From Steroidobacteraceae bacterium (GTDB lineage Bacteria > Pseudomonadota > Gammaproteobacteria > Steroidobacterales > Steroidobacteraceae): DNA of 64,000 nucleotides. Position numbers and translations under genes: made by a program. Each line of letters opens with the position of its first letter. Positions within the stretch are counted from its first letter, which is position 1. Below are positions 1 to 10,646 of this stretch, one piece after another. The stretch is taken from contig JBEVKB010000045.1 in assembly GCA_040509875.1 (NCBI GenBank), positions 2,378 to 66,377 of the forward strand, written 5' to 3'. Under the pieces are notes generated by a model. It ran no database searches. It was not told the DNA's origin and saw only the letters and a list, made by a program, of their open reading frames with translations.

Positions 1-1
1 G

Positions 2-547
2 GAATGGGATTCTCTGGACGCTGTGGTACACGCCGTGGCGTTCGCGCCTGGCGACGCTCTGCGCGGAAGCTTGATCGAAGCTACGACGCGTGAAAATTTT
101 CGCATCGCTCACGACATCTCGAGCTACAGCCTGATCGCCATCGCCAAGCAGGCAGTGCCGATGATGAAGGGCCGGGCAGGCGCCTTCCTCACGCTGACTT
201 ACCTGGGCGCCGTGCGCTCGCTACCCAGCTACAACGTCATGGGCCTGGCCAAGGCGAGCCTGGAAGCCGCCGTGCGCTTCCTGGCGGCAGACCTGGGGCA
301 GCAGGGCATTCGCGTGAATGGCATTTCGGCCGGTCCGATCAAGACGCTTGCGGCTGCAGGCATCGGTGGGTTTCGTTCGATTCTCAAGCATGTCGCATCG
401 GTGGCGCCTATGCGTCGCAATGTGACCATCGAGGAAGTCGGGAACACAGGTGCGTACCTGTGTTCGGATCTCGCGTCCGGAATCACGGGCGAGATCGTCT
501 ATGTCGATGGTGGCTTCAGCACCGTTGGGATGGCGGTCGCGGAGTAG
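2..547 (+). CDS. fabI: Enoyl-ACP reductase FabI (5'-truncated by window edge)
   Basis: [13 protein letters not shown] catalytic Yxxxxxx[26 protein letters not shown]; frame open from position 2. Confidence 0.95.
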   Translation, partial: EWDSLDAVVHAVAFAPGDALRGSLIEATTRENFRIAHDISSYSLIAIAKQAVPMMKGRAGAFLTLTYLGAVRSLPSYNVMGLAKASLEAAVRFLAADLGQQGIRVNGISAGPIKTLAAAGIGGFRSILKHVASVAPMRRNVTIEEVGNTGAYLCSDLASGITGEIVYVDGGFSTVGMAVAE

Positions 548-572
548 CTGCGCTTCCGGCTTCGCCGGGAGG

Positions 573-625
573 CCCTCACCCGCGCCAACTACGTTAGCGC
601 GACCTCTCCCGAAACCGGGAGAGGT
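573..625. repeat. BoxC/REP-like palindromic intergenic element
   Basis: CCCTCACCC-(hairpin)-ACCTCTCCCG-AAAC-CGGGAGAGGT between convergent fabI and mltD; resembles the CCCTCACCC...CCTCTCCC...GGGAGAGG family of short interspersed repeats. Confidence 0.55.
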
Positions 626-637
626 AAAAAACATTCT

Positions 638-2344
638 TTAGATACCGGCGCGACGTCGATCCCCCGTGTACATCACCAGCCGCTGGCCCGGCTTCAGCGC
701 ATCCGACTTCAGACCGTTCCAGCCGAGTATGTCGGTGAGGCTCACGCGGAACTTGGTAGCGATGCGCGACAGCGTATCGCCTGCCTTCACAACGTAAGTC
801 GTCGAGCTGCCCACTGCAGCGGGGTTGCTCGCGGCGAGCGTGGCGACGCCAGGAATCTTCAATACCTGGCCGACCGACAACGTGTCGTTGCGGCTCAAAC
901 CGTTGGTGTCCGCCAGGCGTTCCATGCTGATTCCATGCAAGCGCGCAATGCTCCAGAGCGTATCGCCGCTGCGCACCTTGTGTTTGCTGTTGTTGCTGGC
1001 AGCAGTACTGCTGGTGCTGCGAGTCGGAGTGGCCGTCGGTTCTGAGTAATCGACAGCAGCGGTTCTCGTGTCCAGCGCGCCGCGTGGTGCTGCTGTGATC
1101 ACGAGATCCTGCCCCGGATGAATCATGGAACCGCGCAGCTTGTTGGTGGAACGCAGTGTGGCAACGGATACGCCGTACTTGTCGGCGATGCCGCCCAGCG
1201 AGTCACCTGGACGAACTCGATGATAGACGACGCGAACTCGTGATTCAGGCGGCAGCGCCGACAGCCCTGCAACGACGCGCGCCTCGCGATCAACCGGTAC
1301 GAGCAGGTAGTAAGGACCATCTGGGTCGGTCACCCAGTGATTGAACGCCGGGTTCAGCGCGAGCATTTCTTCTTTCGACAGCTCGGCGATTTCAGCGGCA
1401 ACGTGCAGGTCGATCTGTCCGGCGACGGTGATCTTGGCGAAGTAGGGCTCGTTGGGAATCGGTGCGAAAGCGAGACCGTGCGCGGTCGGGTTGGCAACGA
1501 TGCGCGACATGGCCAGCAGTTTGGGCACATAGGCGCGGGTTTCTTTCGGCAGCTTCAGGCTGAAGAAGTCAGTGGGCAGACCGGCGGCGCGATTGCGTGC
1601 CACTGCGCGCGCAACTGCAGCTTCACCGCAGTTATAAGCAGCGACTGCGAGCATCCAGTCGCCTTCGAATTCCAGCGACAGGAATTCGAGATAATCCAGG
1701 GCCGCGGAAGTCCCTGCGAGCACGTCGCGACGACCGTCGTAGTACCAGTTCTGTTTCAGGCCGAAGCGGCGGCCGGTGCCGGGAATGAATTGCCACAGGC
1801 CCGAGGCGCGGGCGCGTGAATAAGCGACTGGATTGAAGGCGCTTTCCACGATGGGCAACAGAGCGAGTTCGAGCGGCATGCGGCGCGCTTCGAGTTCCTT
1901 GACGATGTGATAGAGGTAGCGCTCGCCACGTTTGAGCGTGCGATCCAGGTAATCGGGATGGCTGGCAAACCAGCGCACTTCCTGGTCGACCCATTCGTGA
2001 TCCACATCGTCGATGTCGAAGCCGTTGCGCATGCGGGCGAGCAGGTCGCTCTTGCCGTCACCGGGAGCATTGTTTGCGCCGAGTGCAGTCACAAGCGGGC
2101 GGTCGCCGCGGGTTTTGGCATCGAGAGTCTCGATGGCCGCTTCGATCTGTTCGGGACCCGATGTGCCGATGTCGGCTTCATCGACCTTGATGCCTGCCTG
2201 CGCCATTTCCTCTGGCGTGATGACGGCGGCTTCGTCCGTGTCCGGGGAAGTGGCTACATGACTGCAACCGGCAGCGAATAAGGCGACGACCGCTGCAACA
2301 GGGGCGAGCAGCAATGCCGGGTAGCGTCGAACTGTAACCATCAT
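638..2344 (-). CDS. mltD: Membrane-bound lytic murein transglycosylase D (SLT domain + 3 LysM)
   Basis: Lipobox FAAGC, SLT motifs IVESAF/GLWQF/AAYNCG, three LysM repeats (HRVRPGDSL, HKVRSGDTLW, YVVKAGDTL); next to gloB. Confidence 0.92.
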   Translation of the reverse strand: MMVTVRRYPALLLAPVAAVVALFAAGCSHVATSPDTDEAAVITPEEMAQAGIKVDEADIGTSGPEQIEAAIETLDAKTRGDRPLVTALGANNAPGDGKSDLLARMRNGFDIDDVDHEWVDQEVRWFASHPDYLDRTLKRGERYLYHIVKELEARRMPLELALLPIVESAFNPVAYSRARASGLWQFIPGTGRRFGLKQNWYYDGRRDVLAGTSAALDYLEFLSLEFEGDWMLAVAAYNCGEAAVARAVARNRAAGLPTDFFSLKLPKETRAYVPKLLAMSRIVANPTAHGLAFAPIPNEPYFAKITVAGQIDLHVAAEIAELSKEEMLALNPAFNHWVTDPDGPYYLLVPVDREARVVAGLSALPPESRVRVVYHRVRPGDSLGGIADKYGVSVATLRSTNKLRGSMIHPGQDLVITAAPRGALDTRTAAVDYSEPTATPTRSTSSTAASNNSKHKVRSGDTLWSIARLHGISMERLADTNGLSRNDTLSVGQVLKIPGVATLAASNPAAVGSSTTYVVKAGDTLSRIATKFRVSLTDILGWNGLKSDALKPGQRLVMYTGDRRRAGI

Positions 2345-2471
2345 CCCTCCATCCGTGGGCCACCAGTTGGCCCTCTGAACGCTTCACCTCGCCCGCGATG
2401 CAGGCGTCGAAATAATTTTGTTGCGACAGTCGACCACGTGAAGTTCACGCCACTGCAGCCACTTGCCAGAT

Positions 2472-3248
2472 TCAGCCCTTGAAACCGTCCTTCCATTGAC
2501 GAATGACTGCAAAAACTTCCGTTGAATTCAACCCTCTACCCGCCCTTGCTTCCGCGGCGCGTATCACAGTCTTTCGATTGCATCGCAGGAAAGGATTCAC
2601 ATTACGCTCCTGCCTTATGTTGGATGGCACCGTTGCCTCATGCCGCGCCCGTTTCGCCTCGCATTCACCGAGATAAGCAGCGGTGTCCCTGTTCTCCGGT
2701 TCGACCGCAAGGCCGAAACGCAGATTGCTCACCGTATATTCGTGCGCGCAGTAGACGAGTGTCTCATCGGGCAAGGACGCGAGTTTGGCCAGCGACCCGA
2801 CCATTTGTTCCGCAGTGCCCTCGAATAGGCGACCGCAGCCGCCGCTGAACAGCGTGTCGCCGCAAAATACTGCGCCATGACCCGCATAGGCAATGTGCCC
2901 CGATGTGTGGCCGGGCACATCGAGGACCTGAAAATCCAACTGGAGTTCGCTGAAGGTGCAGCGGTCGCCTTCGCGCATCGGCTGCGGATTCCCTGGAACC
3001 CGCTCCGCCGCTGGTCCGAATACCGGAACCTCGTGCGCCTGTAGCAGACTCGCGACTCCGCCCACGTGATCGTTGTGGTGGTGAGTCAGAATGATTCCGG
3101 AGAGTTGCAACGAGCGGTGGGCGAGAGCCTGGTGGACCGGTGCTGCGTCGCCCGGATCGACGGCCACTACTTTCGTCGCATCGTGCGGCGAGTGGATCAG
3201 CCAGATGTAATTGTCGGCGAACGCCGGTACCGGGGTGACCTGGAGCAT
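2472..3248 (-). CDS. gloB: Hydroxyacylglutathione hydrolase (glyoxalase II)
   Basis: PAFADNYIW, THHHNDHVGG, PGHTSGH, GDTLFSGGCGR, CAHEYT; start placed at ATG 3248. Confidence 0.95.
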   Translation of the reverse strand: MLQVTPVPAFADNYIWLIHSPHDATKVVAVDPGDAAPVHQALAHRSLQLSGIILTHHHNDHVGGVASLLQAHEVPVFGPAAERVPGNPQPMREGDRCTFSELQLDFQVLDVPGHTSGHIAYAGHGAVFCGDTLFSGGCGRLFEGTAEQMVGSLAKLASLPDETLVYCAHEYTVSNLRFGLAVEPENRDTAAYLGECEAKRARHEATVPSNIRQERNVNPFLRCNRKTVIRAAEARAGRGLNSTEVFAVIRQWKDGFKG

Positions 3249-3430
3249 TGTTTCGTCGAGCCGACCGGTAGAAGTTTTGCAATAGGCATTAAACCCCGTC
3301 AGCTTGCTCCTGGGCAAGCATTGATGAGGTCACGGGGCGTCGGACTACAACATTGTCCGTCTTATGCAATATCGCACGGATCTGCTGCCGGTGACCCCAC
3401 GCTCTTCGTCATCGGCTATCCTTCGCTCCC

Positions 3431-4189
3431 ATGAACGAACACAGCGCTCGTGAATTGCAGAAATGGCTGCGTTCCTCGCCGCAGGGAGCGCGCCTTTACA
3501 CGCTCGAGCAAAAGCTCATGAGCGAATCTCTCGCGCAGGTCTTCGGCTGGCAATTGCTGCAGATCGGTTTATGGGGCGACGACAACGGGCTGATCAGCGA
3601 TGCACGCACGCAGCGCAAGTCGGTGCTGGCCTGGCACGGGGAGCACGGATCCGGCCACAGTTCGCTGATTCGCTCCCGCACCGATTCACTCGCGATCGCC
3701 TCCGACTCGGTTGATGCAGTGCTGTTGCCGCACACTCTGGAGTACGAAGCCGATCCGCATGAAATATTGCGCGAGGTGGGCCGTATCCTGTCGGGCGAAG
3801 GTCATCTCATCATTCTTGGTTTCCGGCCGTTTTCCGTCTGGGGGCTGCGGCACCTGTTCGCGAAGCACGGATTCCCACCCGGCCTCGAACGCATGATCGG
3901 CGAGGGCCGTCTGCGCGACTGGATGAAGCTGCTCGGCTTCGAAGTGGTCGATGCACGGCGCTACATGTTCGCTTTGCCCTGGGGTTCGCCCGAAGCGTCA
4001 TCGCGAAGCGTGTTCGAGCGCTCCGGCGAGCAGGCATGGCCCATGCTCGCAGGCGGCTACATGCTCAAGGCCCGCAAGCGCGTGTACACCCTCACGCCTA
4101 TCCGTCCGCGCTGGCGCTTCCGCCAGAAGGTCGTCGGCGGACTGATCGAACCGACGACGCGGATGGGCACACCCGACCGACCGCAATGA
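3431..4189 (+). CDS. Class I SAM-dependent methyltransferase (YafS-like)
   Basis: SVDAVLLPHTLE...PHEILREVGRIL...GFRPFSVWG; conserved position divergent from gloB. Confidence 0.85.
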   Translation: MNEHSARELQKWLRSSPQGARLYTLEQKLMSESLAQVFGWQLLQIGLWGDDNGLISDARTQRKSVLAWHGEHGSGHSSLIRSRTDSLAIASDSVDAVLLPHTLEYEADPHEILREVGRILSGEGHLIILGFRPFSVWGLRHLFAKHGFPPGLERMIGEGRLRDWMKLLGFEVVDARRYMFALPWGSPEASSRSVFERSGEQAWPMLAGGYMLKARKRVYTLTPIRPRWRFRQKVVGGLIEPTTRMGTPDRPQ

Positions 4190-4304
4190 CCATCGATGGG
4201 TAGGGGATCAACGCATGTCCCGGCTTTGACCCTTGCACTCGCGTGCCTTCGATGTCAGTTTCTCGCCGCGTTCAGCCCCATCACGTCTCACTCGAATTCA
4301 ATCC

Positions 4305-5429
4305 ATGGACTTCATCGATCTCAAAACCCAATACGCCCGCATTCGCGAATCGATGGACGCGCGCATCCGCGCAGTGCTCGATCATGGCCAGTACATTCTC
4401 GGACGTGAAACCGTCGAGCTGGAACAGAAGCTGGCGGAATACGTCGGCGTCAAACATTGCATCGGGGCATCGAGCGGCACCGACACGCTGCTGATCGCGC
4501 TCATGGCGCTCGACATCGGCGCCGGCGACGAGGTGATCACTTCACCGTTCACTTTCATCGCCACCGGCGAGATGATCGCGCTCGCGGGTGCGAAGCCGGT
4601 GTTCGTGGATATCGATCCGAAAACCTACAACATCGATCCGGCTCTCATCGAGCGTGCGATCACTCCGCGCACCAAGGCGATCATGCCGGTGTCGCTGTAC
4701 GGCCAGTGCGCGGATTTCGATGCGATCAACGCGATCGCACGCAAACACAAGCTGCCCGTGATCGAGGACGGCGCGCAGAGCTTCGGTGCGGACTATCGCG
4801 GCAAGAAGTCATGCGGCATCAGCGACATCGGTTCGACCTCCTTTTTCCCGTCGAAGCCGCTGGGCGCTTACGGCGACGGCGGCGCACTGTTCACCAACGA
4901 CGATGCGCTTGCGAAGGTGATGAGCGAGATCCGCGTGCACGGCCAGGATCGCCGCTACCACCATCCACGGCTCGGTATCAACGGCCGGCTCGATACATTG
5001 CAGGCAGCAGTGCTGCTGTCCAAGCTCGAGATCTTCGATGACGAAGTGGCGGCGCGTGCGCGTATCGGCGCTCGCTACACGGCGCTCATCGACGAAGCGT
5101 TTGCCGACATTCATGAGCCGGAACGACGTGCGTCCACGCCGGCGCTCGCCAGCGGCTGCACCAGCGTGTTCGCGCAATACACGGTCGAAGTGTCGAATCG
5201 CGCGACGGTGGAAGAGGGCATGAAAGCACGTGGCGTCCCCACGGCAGTGCATTACCCGGTGCCTTTGCATCGGCAGCCCGTGTTCGCATCGCTGCAGCAA
5301 GGCGCGGGAAGTTTCCCAGCGGCTGAAGCTGCGGCGGCGAGAGTCATCAGCCTGCCCATGCATCCTTACCTGAGCGAGGATCACCTGGTTCAGGTCGTGA
5401 AAGCGCTGAAGGCGTCGGTGGCGGGTTGA
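4305..5429 (+). CDS. DegT/DnrJ/EryC1/StrS sugar aminotransferase, WbpE-like
   Basis: MDFIDLKTQY start, IEDGAQSFGA, TSFFPSKPLGAYGDGG (PLP lysine), NGRLDTLQAA. Confidence 0.9.
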   Translation: MDFIDLKTQYARIRESMDARIRAVLDHGQYILGRETVELEQKLAEYVGVKHCIGASSGTDTLLIALMALDIGAGDEVITSPFTFIATGEMIALAGAKPVFVDIDPKTYNIDPALIERAITPRTKAIMPVSLYGQCADFDAINAIARKHKLPVIEDGAQSFGADYRGKKSCGISDIGSTSFFPSKPLGAYGDGGALFTNDDALAKVMSEIRVHGQDRRYHHPRLGINGRLDTLQAAVLLSKLEIFDDEVAARARIGARYTALIDEAFADIHEPERRASTPALASGCTSVFAQYTVEVSNRATVEEGMKARGVPTAVHYPVPLHRQPVFASLQQGAGSFPAAEAAAARVISLPMHPYLSEDHLVQVVKALKASVAG

Positions 5430-6163
5430 TGCGACAGATCATTCTGGATACCGAGACGACCGGCCTCGAGCCCGAAGCCGGTCATCGCATCATCGAAATC
5501 GGCTGCGTCGAAATGTTCAACCGTCGCAAGACGGGGCGGACATTTCATCGCTACCTGTGCCCGGATCGCCAGGTCGATCGCGGCGCGCAGCAGGTTCACG
5601 GCCTAACCAACGAATTCCTGGCGCAGCAGCCGCGCTTCGCCGAAATCGTGGATGAATTTCTGGAATTCATCAGCGGCGCGCAACTCATCATCCACAACGC
5701 CGCATTCGATATCGCCTTCCTGGACGCGGAGCTCAAGCGCCTGCCGGTTTCGCGACAGATCGCGAATCTCTGCCAGGTGCTGGACACGCTGCCGCTCGCA
5801 CGCAAGATGCATCCCGGCCAGCGCAACAGCCTCGATGCGCTGTGCAAACGATACGGCGTCGATAATTCACGTCGCGAGTTGCACGGAGCGCTGCTCGACG
5901 CGCAGATCCTGCTCGATGTCTACCTGGCGATGACCGGTGGCCAGACCACGCTCATCCTCGGTGAGACCCAGGAATCCCGCTCCAACGTCGCGCTTGAACT
6001 CGGGGCCATCGTCCGGCCTCGCGGCGTGATGGTGGTCATCTCGCCGTCGCCAGAAGAACTCGCCGCTCACGAGCGTTCGCTGGCCGCGCTCGACAAGGCG
6101 AGCGGCGGTAAAACCTTGTGGCGCGCACTCGCTGCCGAACAGCAGGTGGCACTTGCGAGCTGA
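5429..6163 (+). CDS. dnaQ: DNA polymerase III epsilon subunit
   Basis: ExoI LDTETTG, ExoII HNAAFD, Exo[17 protein letters not shown]; ATG overlaps upstream TGA. Confidence 0.95.
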   Translation: MRQIILDTETTGLEPEAGHRIIEIGCVEMFNRRKTGRTFHRYLCPDRQVDRGAQQVHGLTNEFLAQQPRFAEIVDEFLEFISGAQLIIHNAAFDIAFLDAELKRLPVSRQIANLCQVLDTLPLARKMHPGQRNSLDALCKRYGVDNSRRELHGALLDAQILLDVYLAMTGGQTTLILGETQESRSNVALELGAIVRPRGVMVVISPSPEELAAHERSLAALDKASGGKTLWRALAAEQQVALAS

Positions 6164-7685
6164 CGGCGCAGCCGCGCCTGCTTCTTTCTCGCAGGCATTG
6201 GCGCGTAACTTTCTTGGCAAGGCGCCCGACTGGTACAAGCTGACCATCGTCGGTTTTCTCGTCGTCAATCCGCTGCTGATGCTGTTCGGTGGCCTGTATG
6301 GCCCTGCGATCGCAGGCTGGTTGCTGCTGCTCGAATTCATTTTCACGCTGGCGATGGCGTTGAAATGCTATCCGCTGCAGGCCGGGGGATTGCTCGCAAT
6401 CGAAGCTGTACTGATCGGCTTGACGACACCCGAATCGGTTTACAGCGAGACCATTACCGCGGTGCCGGTGATCCTGCTGCTGATCTTCATGGTGGCGGGC
6501 ATCTTCTTTCTGAAAGACCTGCTGCTGTTCATTTTCACCAAGATCCTGCTGGGCCTGCGCTCGCAACTGGCGTTGTCACTGATCTTTTGCGCCACGGCGG
6601 CGCTGCTGTCCGCGTTTCTCGATGCGCTGACTGTATTGGCCATGGTCATCACCGTGGGCACCGGCTTCTATCATGTCTTCCACCGCTTCGCGTCCGGCAA
6701 GGTGGCCGAGGCCGAACACCGGTTCGACTTCGACGACGACGTGCACGAACGGCATCGTTCGGATCTAGATGCCTTCCGTGCCTTCCTGCGCGGCCTGATG
6801 ATGCATGCCGCTGTCGGCACTGCGTTGGGCGGCGTGATGACGCAGGTGGGCGAACCGCAGAATCTGTTGATCGCCAAACACGCCGGCTGGAATTTCGTGG
6901 AATTTTTCTTGCGGATGGCGCCGGTGTCCCTGCCGGTTCTGATCGCGGGACTCGCGACATGTGCCGTCGTAGATCGCATGCGCTGGTTCGGCTACGGCAC
7001 GCCGCTGCCGGCTGCAGTGCGAGCAGTGCTCCGCGACTATGCTGGCAACGAAGCAGCGAGGCGCAGTGCGCGCGACGTCGCGAATCTGGTGGTGCAGGCA
7101 ATCGCTGCGATCCTGCTCGTCATCGCGCTGGGATTACATCTCGGTGAGGTAGGGCTGATCGGGTTGATGGTCATGGTCCTTGCCACGGCATTCACCGGCG
7201 TGACCGACGAACATCGGCTAGGCAAGGCGTTCGAAACGGCGATGCCATTCACTGCGCTGCTGGTGGTGTTCTTCGCTATCGTCGCAGTCATCCACGATCA
7301 GCATTTGTTCGAGCCGCTGGTGCAGATGGTGCTGCAACTCGAGGGCCGAGCGCAGGTCGCGATGCTATACGTAGCCAACGGGCTGCTTTCCGCCATCAGC
7401 GACAACGTCTTCGTCGCCACTATCTACATCACCGAGGTGAAGGCTGCGTTGCTCGAAGGCGCCATCACCCAAGAGCAGTTCGATCATCTTGCGATCGCGA
7501 TCAACACGGGTACGAACATTCCGAGCGTCGCCACGCCGAACGGGCAAGCAGCTTTCCTGTTCCTGCTGACGTCGGCACTGGCGCCGCTGATCCGCTTGTC
7601 CTATGGGCGAATGTTGATGATGGCGTTGCCGTACACGATCGTGATGAGCCTCACCGGATTGCTGGCGGTGATCTACCTGCTGTAG
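6153..7685 (+). CDS. nhaB: Na+/H+ antiporter NhaB
   Basis: [63 protein letters not shown]; many TM helices; exact start uncertain. Confidence 0.92.
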   Translation: MRADGAAAPASFSQALARNFLGKAPDWYKLTIVGFLVVNPLLMLFGGLYGPAIAGWLLLLEFIFTLAMALKCYPLQAGGLLAIEAVLIGLTTPESVYSETITAVPVILLLIFMVAGIFFLKDLLLFIFTKILLGLRSQLALSLIFCATAALLSAFLDALTVLAMVITVGTGFYHVFHRFASGKVAEAEHRFDFDDDVHERHRSDLDAFRAFLRGLMMHAAVGTALGGVMTQVGEPQNLLIAKHAGWNFVEFFLRMAPVSLPVLIAGLATCAVVDRMRWFGYGTPLPAAVRAVLRDYAGNEAARRSARDVANLVVQAIAAILLVIALGLHLGEVGLIGLMVMVLATAFTGVTDEHRLGKAFETAMPFTALLVVFFAIVAVIHDQHLFEPLVQMVLQLEGRAQVAMLYVANGLLSAISDNVFVATIYITEVKAALLEGAITQEQFDHLAIAINTGTNIPSVATPNGQAAFLFLLTSALAPLIRLSYGRMLMMALPYTIVMSLTGLLAVIYLL

Positions 7686-7697
7686 CGTGCGCAATCC

Positions 7698-8900
7698 TCA
7701 CGGGCCGTAGCGTCCGTGATAACGAACCTTCCGCCACAACCACAGCGGTACGCGCACGATTCCATAGAATTCGTAGAGCCAGGAAAATCGGTCCGGCAAG
7801 CCCAGTCGCAGGGCATCCGGCAGCAGCAGTATCTGGTGACGCAACTCAGTCGACCAGTAACGCCAGCCGCGGCCGAGCAGATAGATCGAGAGCGACAGCC
7901 GCGTCGTGGCAAACGGTCGGCTCCATATTCCCAGTTCGGATGACGGTCCTGACAGCAGGCGCAGCGAGACGTTCTTCAGCATCCGCATGTACGGATCCGC
8001 GGCAAGGCGCTCAGCAAGTGCTTGCGGAAGTTTGAGCTGCAGCAGTTCCTGGCCGAGCAGCAGTGCCTGGCCCGCGCATCGTCCCGCTCCGCGTTGTTCA
8101 GCGAGCGCATACAGCCGTTCGATATCTCGCTCGCTCAACGGGCTCATGAACGCGACCAGGTCCGCCAGCCATTTCAATCGCCACCAGCCATGGCTGGCGC
8201 CGTGCACGCAAAGGTAGGTGAACAAGTCGTCGTTCTGCAAAGTACGAATGCTGGCGGCATCCGACAGCGCCACCAGTTGCGTTGGCGAGGCAGCATCGAC
8301 TCCCCGCAGCAGGCTCGGATTGGAGACCAGGTGCCAGTGCAGTTCGATCTGTGTTCCGCCATCGCTGCGCTCCAGCACTATTTCCTTGTCGTGCTTCAGC
8401 ACCAGGCGCTTCTGTGCTTCGCTCATATCCCGCGCCGGCAGGACGGTCCGATAGCCGGCCTGCTCCAGCAGGTCGAGTGCCCGCAGCGCGTGCGACTCCG
8501 GGACGAGCAGATCGATGTCCTTGCCATGCTTCAGCGCGAGCGATCCGTACGCGAGCACCGCCAGCGATACACCCTTGAGGAACATGATAGGAATGCCGGC
8601 TGCGTCGAGCAGGCGTTGCAGCCGGATCGATTCGGCCGCGTGAGAGAGGTTCTGCATGCCGATCTTTGCAGCTTGCGATGACAGCGCTCGCAAGCTTGCC
8701 GCAGGCGCCTTCACTTGTTCATTCACCAAAGCTTCGTGCACCAGCGCAGCGACACGCTGGCACTCGACTATTTTCTGCAGCAAGGGCCAATCGAGCGTTG
8801 CGCGGGCCGCGGCCTGGATAGCTCGACTTCGCTTCGGCGAGGGCGGCCAGACACAGCACGCTGCGACCAGTGCAAATTCAGCTCGGTAGGGCAAAGGCAT
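7698..8900 (-). CDS. Nucleotidyltransferase family protein (NTP_transf_5-like)
   Basis: FLKGVSLA...YG...KDIDLLV, IELHW, HGASHGWWRLKWLAD. Confidence 0.8.
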   Translation of the reverse strand: MPLPYRAEFALVAACCVWPPSPKRSRAIQAAARATLDWPLLQKIVECQRVAALVHEALVNEQVKAPAASLRALSSQAAKIGMQNLSHAAESIRLQRLLDAAGIPIMFLKGVSLAVLAYGSLALKHGKDIDLLVPESHALRALDLLEQAGYRTVLPARDMSEAQKRLVLKHDKEIVLERSDGGTQIELHWHLVSNPSLLRGVDAASPTQLVALSDAASIRTLQNDDLFTYLCVHGASHGWWRLKWLADLVAFMSPLSERDIERLYALAEQRGAGRCAGQALLLGQELLQLKLPQALAERLAADPYMRMLKNVSLRLLSGPSSELGIWSRPFATTRLSLSIYLLGRGWRYWSTELRHQILLLPDALRLGLPDRFSWLYEFYGIVRVPLWLWRKVRYHGRYGP

Positions 8901-9007
8901 GGACGACTCCTGGCACAAGAATCGCCATTACGACTACGTCGACGCGGGCGCGCTTCAGCAATGCTACGTACGTATGTGGCGCCTTGGTCCGGCGATCGCG
9001 ATGCGCT

Positions 9008-9376
9008 TCATAGCCGTTCCCGCGATTCCGACAGTTTGCGCATCAGCGCGATCAGCAACTGCCGCAACTCATCGATGTCCGTTTCGAGTGGGATGTTGCC
9101 GCTCACGATCCTCAGATCGGTGGCGATCATGACCTGGGTTTCCAGTTCGGCCAGGAAGCCGCGGGCCGCACCCAGCAACTGGCGGAACTCCGCAGGCCGG
9201 GTACGCGCCGCACCTTCGGCGATGGTGCTGGCGATCAGGATGGCCGAGCGGCGTATCTGCGTGGCGAGTTCGCCGGGGTCTCCCGTGATGGCGTTCGCCG
9301 TGGCGGCGTAGACATTGCGTGCCAGGCAGACGGACCGCTGCCAGGCGACCAGGTGACGGTGTGTGGACAAGGCCAT
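9008..9376 (-). CDS. Four-helix-bundle protein (23S rRNA IVP / S23-like family)
   Basis: HRHLVAWQRS...LATQIRRSA...STIAEGAAR...EFRQLL..ARG.LAELETQ; somewhat divergent. Confidence 0.75.
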   Translation of the reverse strand: MALSTHRHLVAWQRSVCLARNVYAATANAITGDPGELATQIRRSAILIASTIAEGAARTRPAEFRQLLGAARGFLAELETQVMIATDLRIVSGNIPLETDIDELRQLLIALMRKLSESRERL

Positions 9377-9596
9377 GCTCGGGTTCCCCTTCCGTGGATC
9401 GCGATGTCGGGAAGTGTGGCCGCGGGCCTGCCGCATCGGTGCGGAAATTGCCGCGGGTTTGCGGAGAAATGCACCGAACTTGGACTAGTCGGGGTGGTTT
9501 CCACGGCAAAGCACTTAGCCCGTGCAGGATTCGACTCGATTGGGCAGAATGCCGCAAGCCACCGTGGCGTGAAGACCCTCGAGAGCGTTTGTCCCC

Positions 9597-10604
9597 ATGA
9601 AGATTCTGGTCACCGGCGCCGCCGGGTTCATCGGCTTTCATACGTCGCGCTTGCTGCTGGATCGCGGCGACGAGGTAGTGGGTCTGGACAACCTCAACGA
9701 CTACTACGAGGTGTCGCTCAAGGAAGCCCGACTGGAGGTGCTGCAGCGCTATCCGGGATTCACCTTTCATAAGCTGGATCTCGCCGATCGCGCCGCCATT
9801 CCCGCCCTGTTCGAGAAAGAGAAATTCGCGCGCGTGATTCACTTGGGCGCGCAGGCCGGCGTGCGGTATTCGATCAAGAACCCGCTGGCCTACATCGACA
9901 GCAACATTCTCGGTTTCGCCAACATCCTGGAAGGCTGTCGCCACAATGGCGTCGAGCACCTCGTCTATGCCTCCACCAGTTCGGTATATGGCGCGAACAC
10001 GAAGATGCCGTTCTCCGTGCATCAGAACGTCGACCATCCGCTGTCCTTCTATGCTGCAACCAAGAAAGCCAACGAGCTGATGGCCCACACCTACGCGCAT
10101 CTGTATGGCTTGCCGGTCACTGGCCTGCGCTTCTTCACGGTGTACGGACCGTGGGGACGGCCCGACATGGCGCTGTTCCTGTTCACCAAGAACATTCTCG
10201 CGGGCAAGCCCATCGACGTCTTCAACTACGGCAACCACCGCCGCGATTTCACTTATGTAGGCGACATCGCCGAAGGCGTTGTCCGGGCAACGGATCGCGT
10301 CGCTGCCCCCAATCTCCAATGGAGCGGCCAGGACCCCGACCCCGGCACCAGCAAGGCTCCTTACCGCTTGTACAACATCGGCAACAACGAGCCGGTGGAA
10401 CTGCTCAAGTACATCGAACTCATCGAAAAATGCCTGGGCAAGACCGCGGTGAAGAACCTGCTGCCGATGCAGGCCGGCGATGTGCCGGATACCTTCGCGG
10501 ACGTCGACGACCTGGCGCGCGACGTGGGCTATCGGCCTGCCACGTCGGTGGAAGAGGGCGTCGCGAAATTCGTGGAGTGGTACGTCGATTACTACGGGAA
10601 GTGA
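9597..10604 (+). CDS. NAD-dependent epimerase, UDP-glucuronate 4-epimerase-like
   Basis: [49 protein letters not shown]. Confidence 0.9.
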   Translation: MKILVTGAAGFIGFHTSRLLLDRGDEVVGLDNLNDYYEVSLKEARLEVLQRYPGFTFHKLDLADRAAIPALFEKEKFARVIHLGAQAGVRYSIKNPLAYIDSNILGFANILEGCRHNGVEHLVYASTSSVYGANTKMPFSVHQNVDHPLSFYAATKKANELMAHTYAHLYGLPVTGLRFFTVYGPWGRPDMALFLFTKNILAGKPIDVFNYGNHRRDFTYVGDIAEGVVRATDRVAAPNLQWSGQDPDPGTSKAPYRLYNIGNNEPVELLKYIELIEKCLGKTAVKNLLPMQAGDVPDTFADVDDLARDVGYRPATSVEEGVAKFVEWYVDYYGK

Positions 10605-10646
10605 TCGCTCGAGTCCGCATCGTTCCAATCTTTTCTTGAGTCACCC

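Noticed and set aside
8911-8925. Sigma54-like TGGCAC-N6-TCGC-type motif (GG-N10-GC)
   Set aside because: Points antisense into the four-helix gene, ~670 bp from the next plus-strand gene, with an imperfect -12 element
9008-9376. Four-helix-bundle protein as Avd of a diversity-generating retroelement
   Set aside because: No reverse transcriptase or TR/VR repeat pair seen; this family is common near polysaccharide loci
9069-10628. 519-aa antisense ORF (likewise 18031-19935, 35961-37457, 52058-53455 and many shorter ones)
   Set aside because: Shadow ORFs opposite well-supported genes; expected in GC-rich DNA and lacking recognizable motifs
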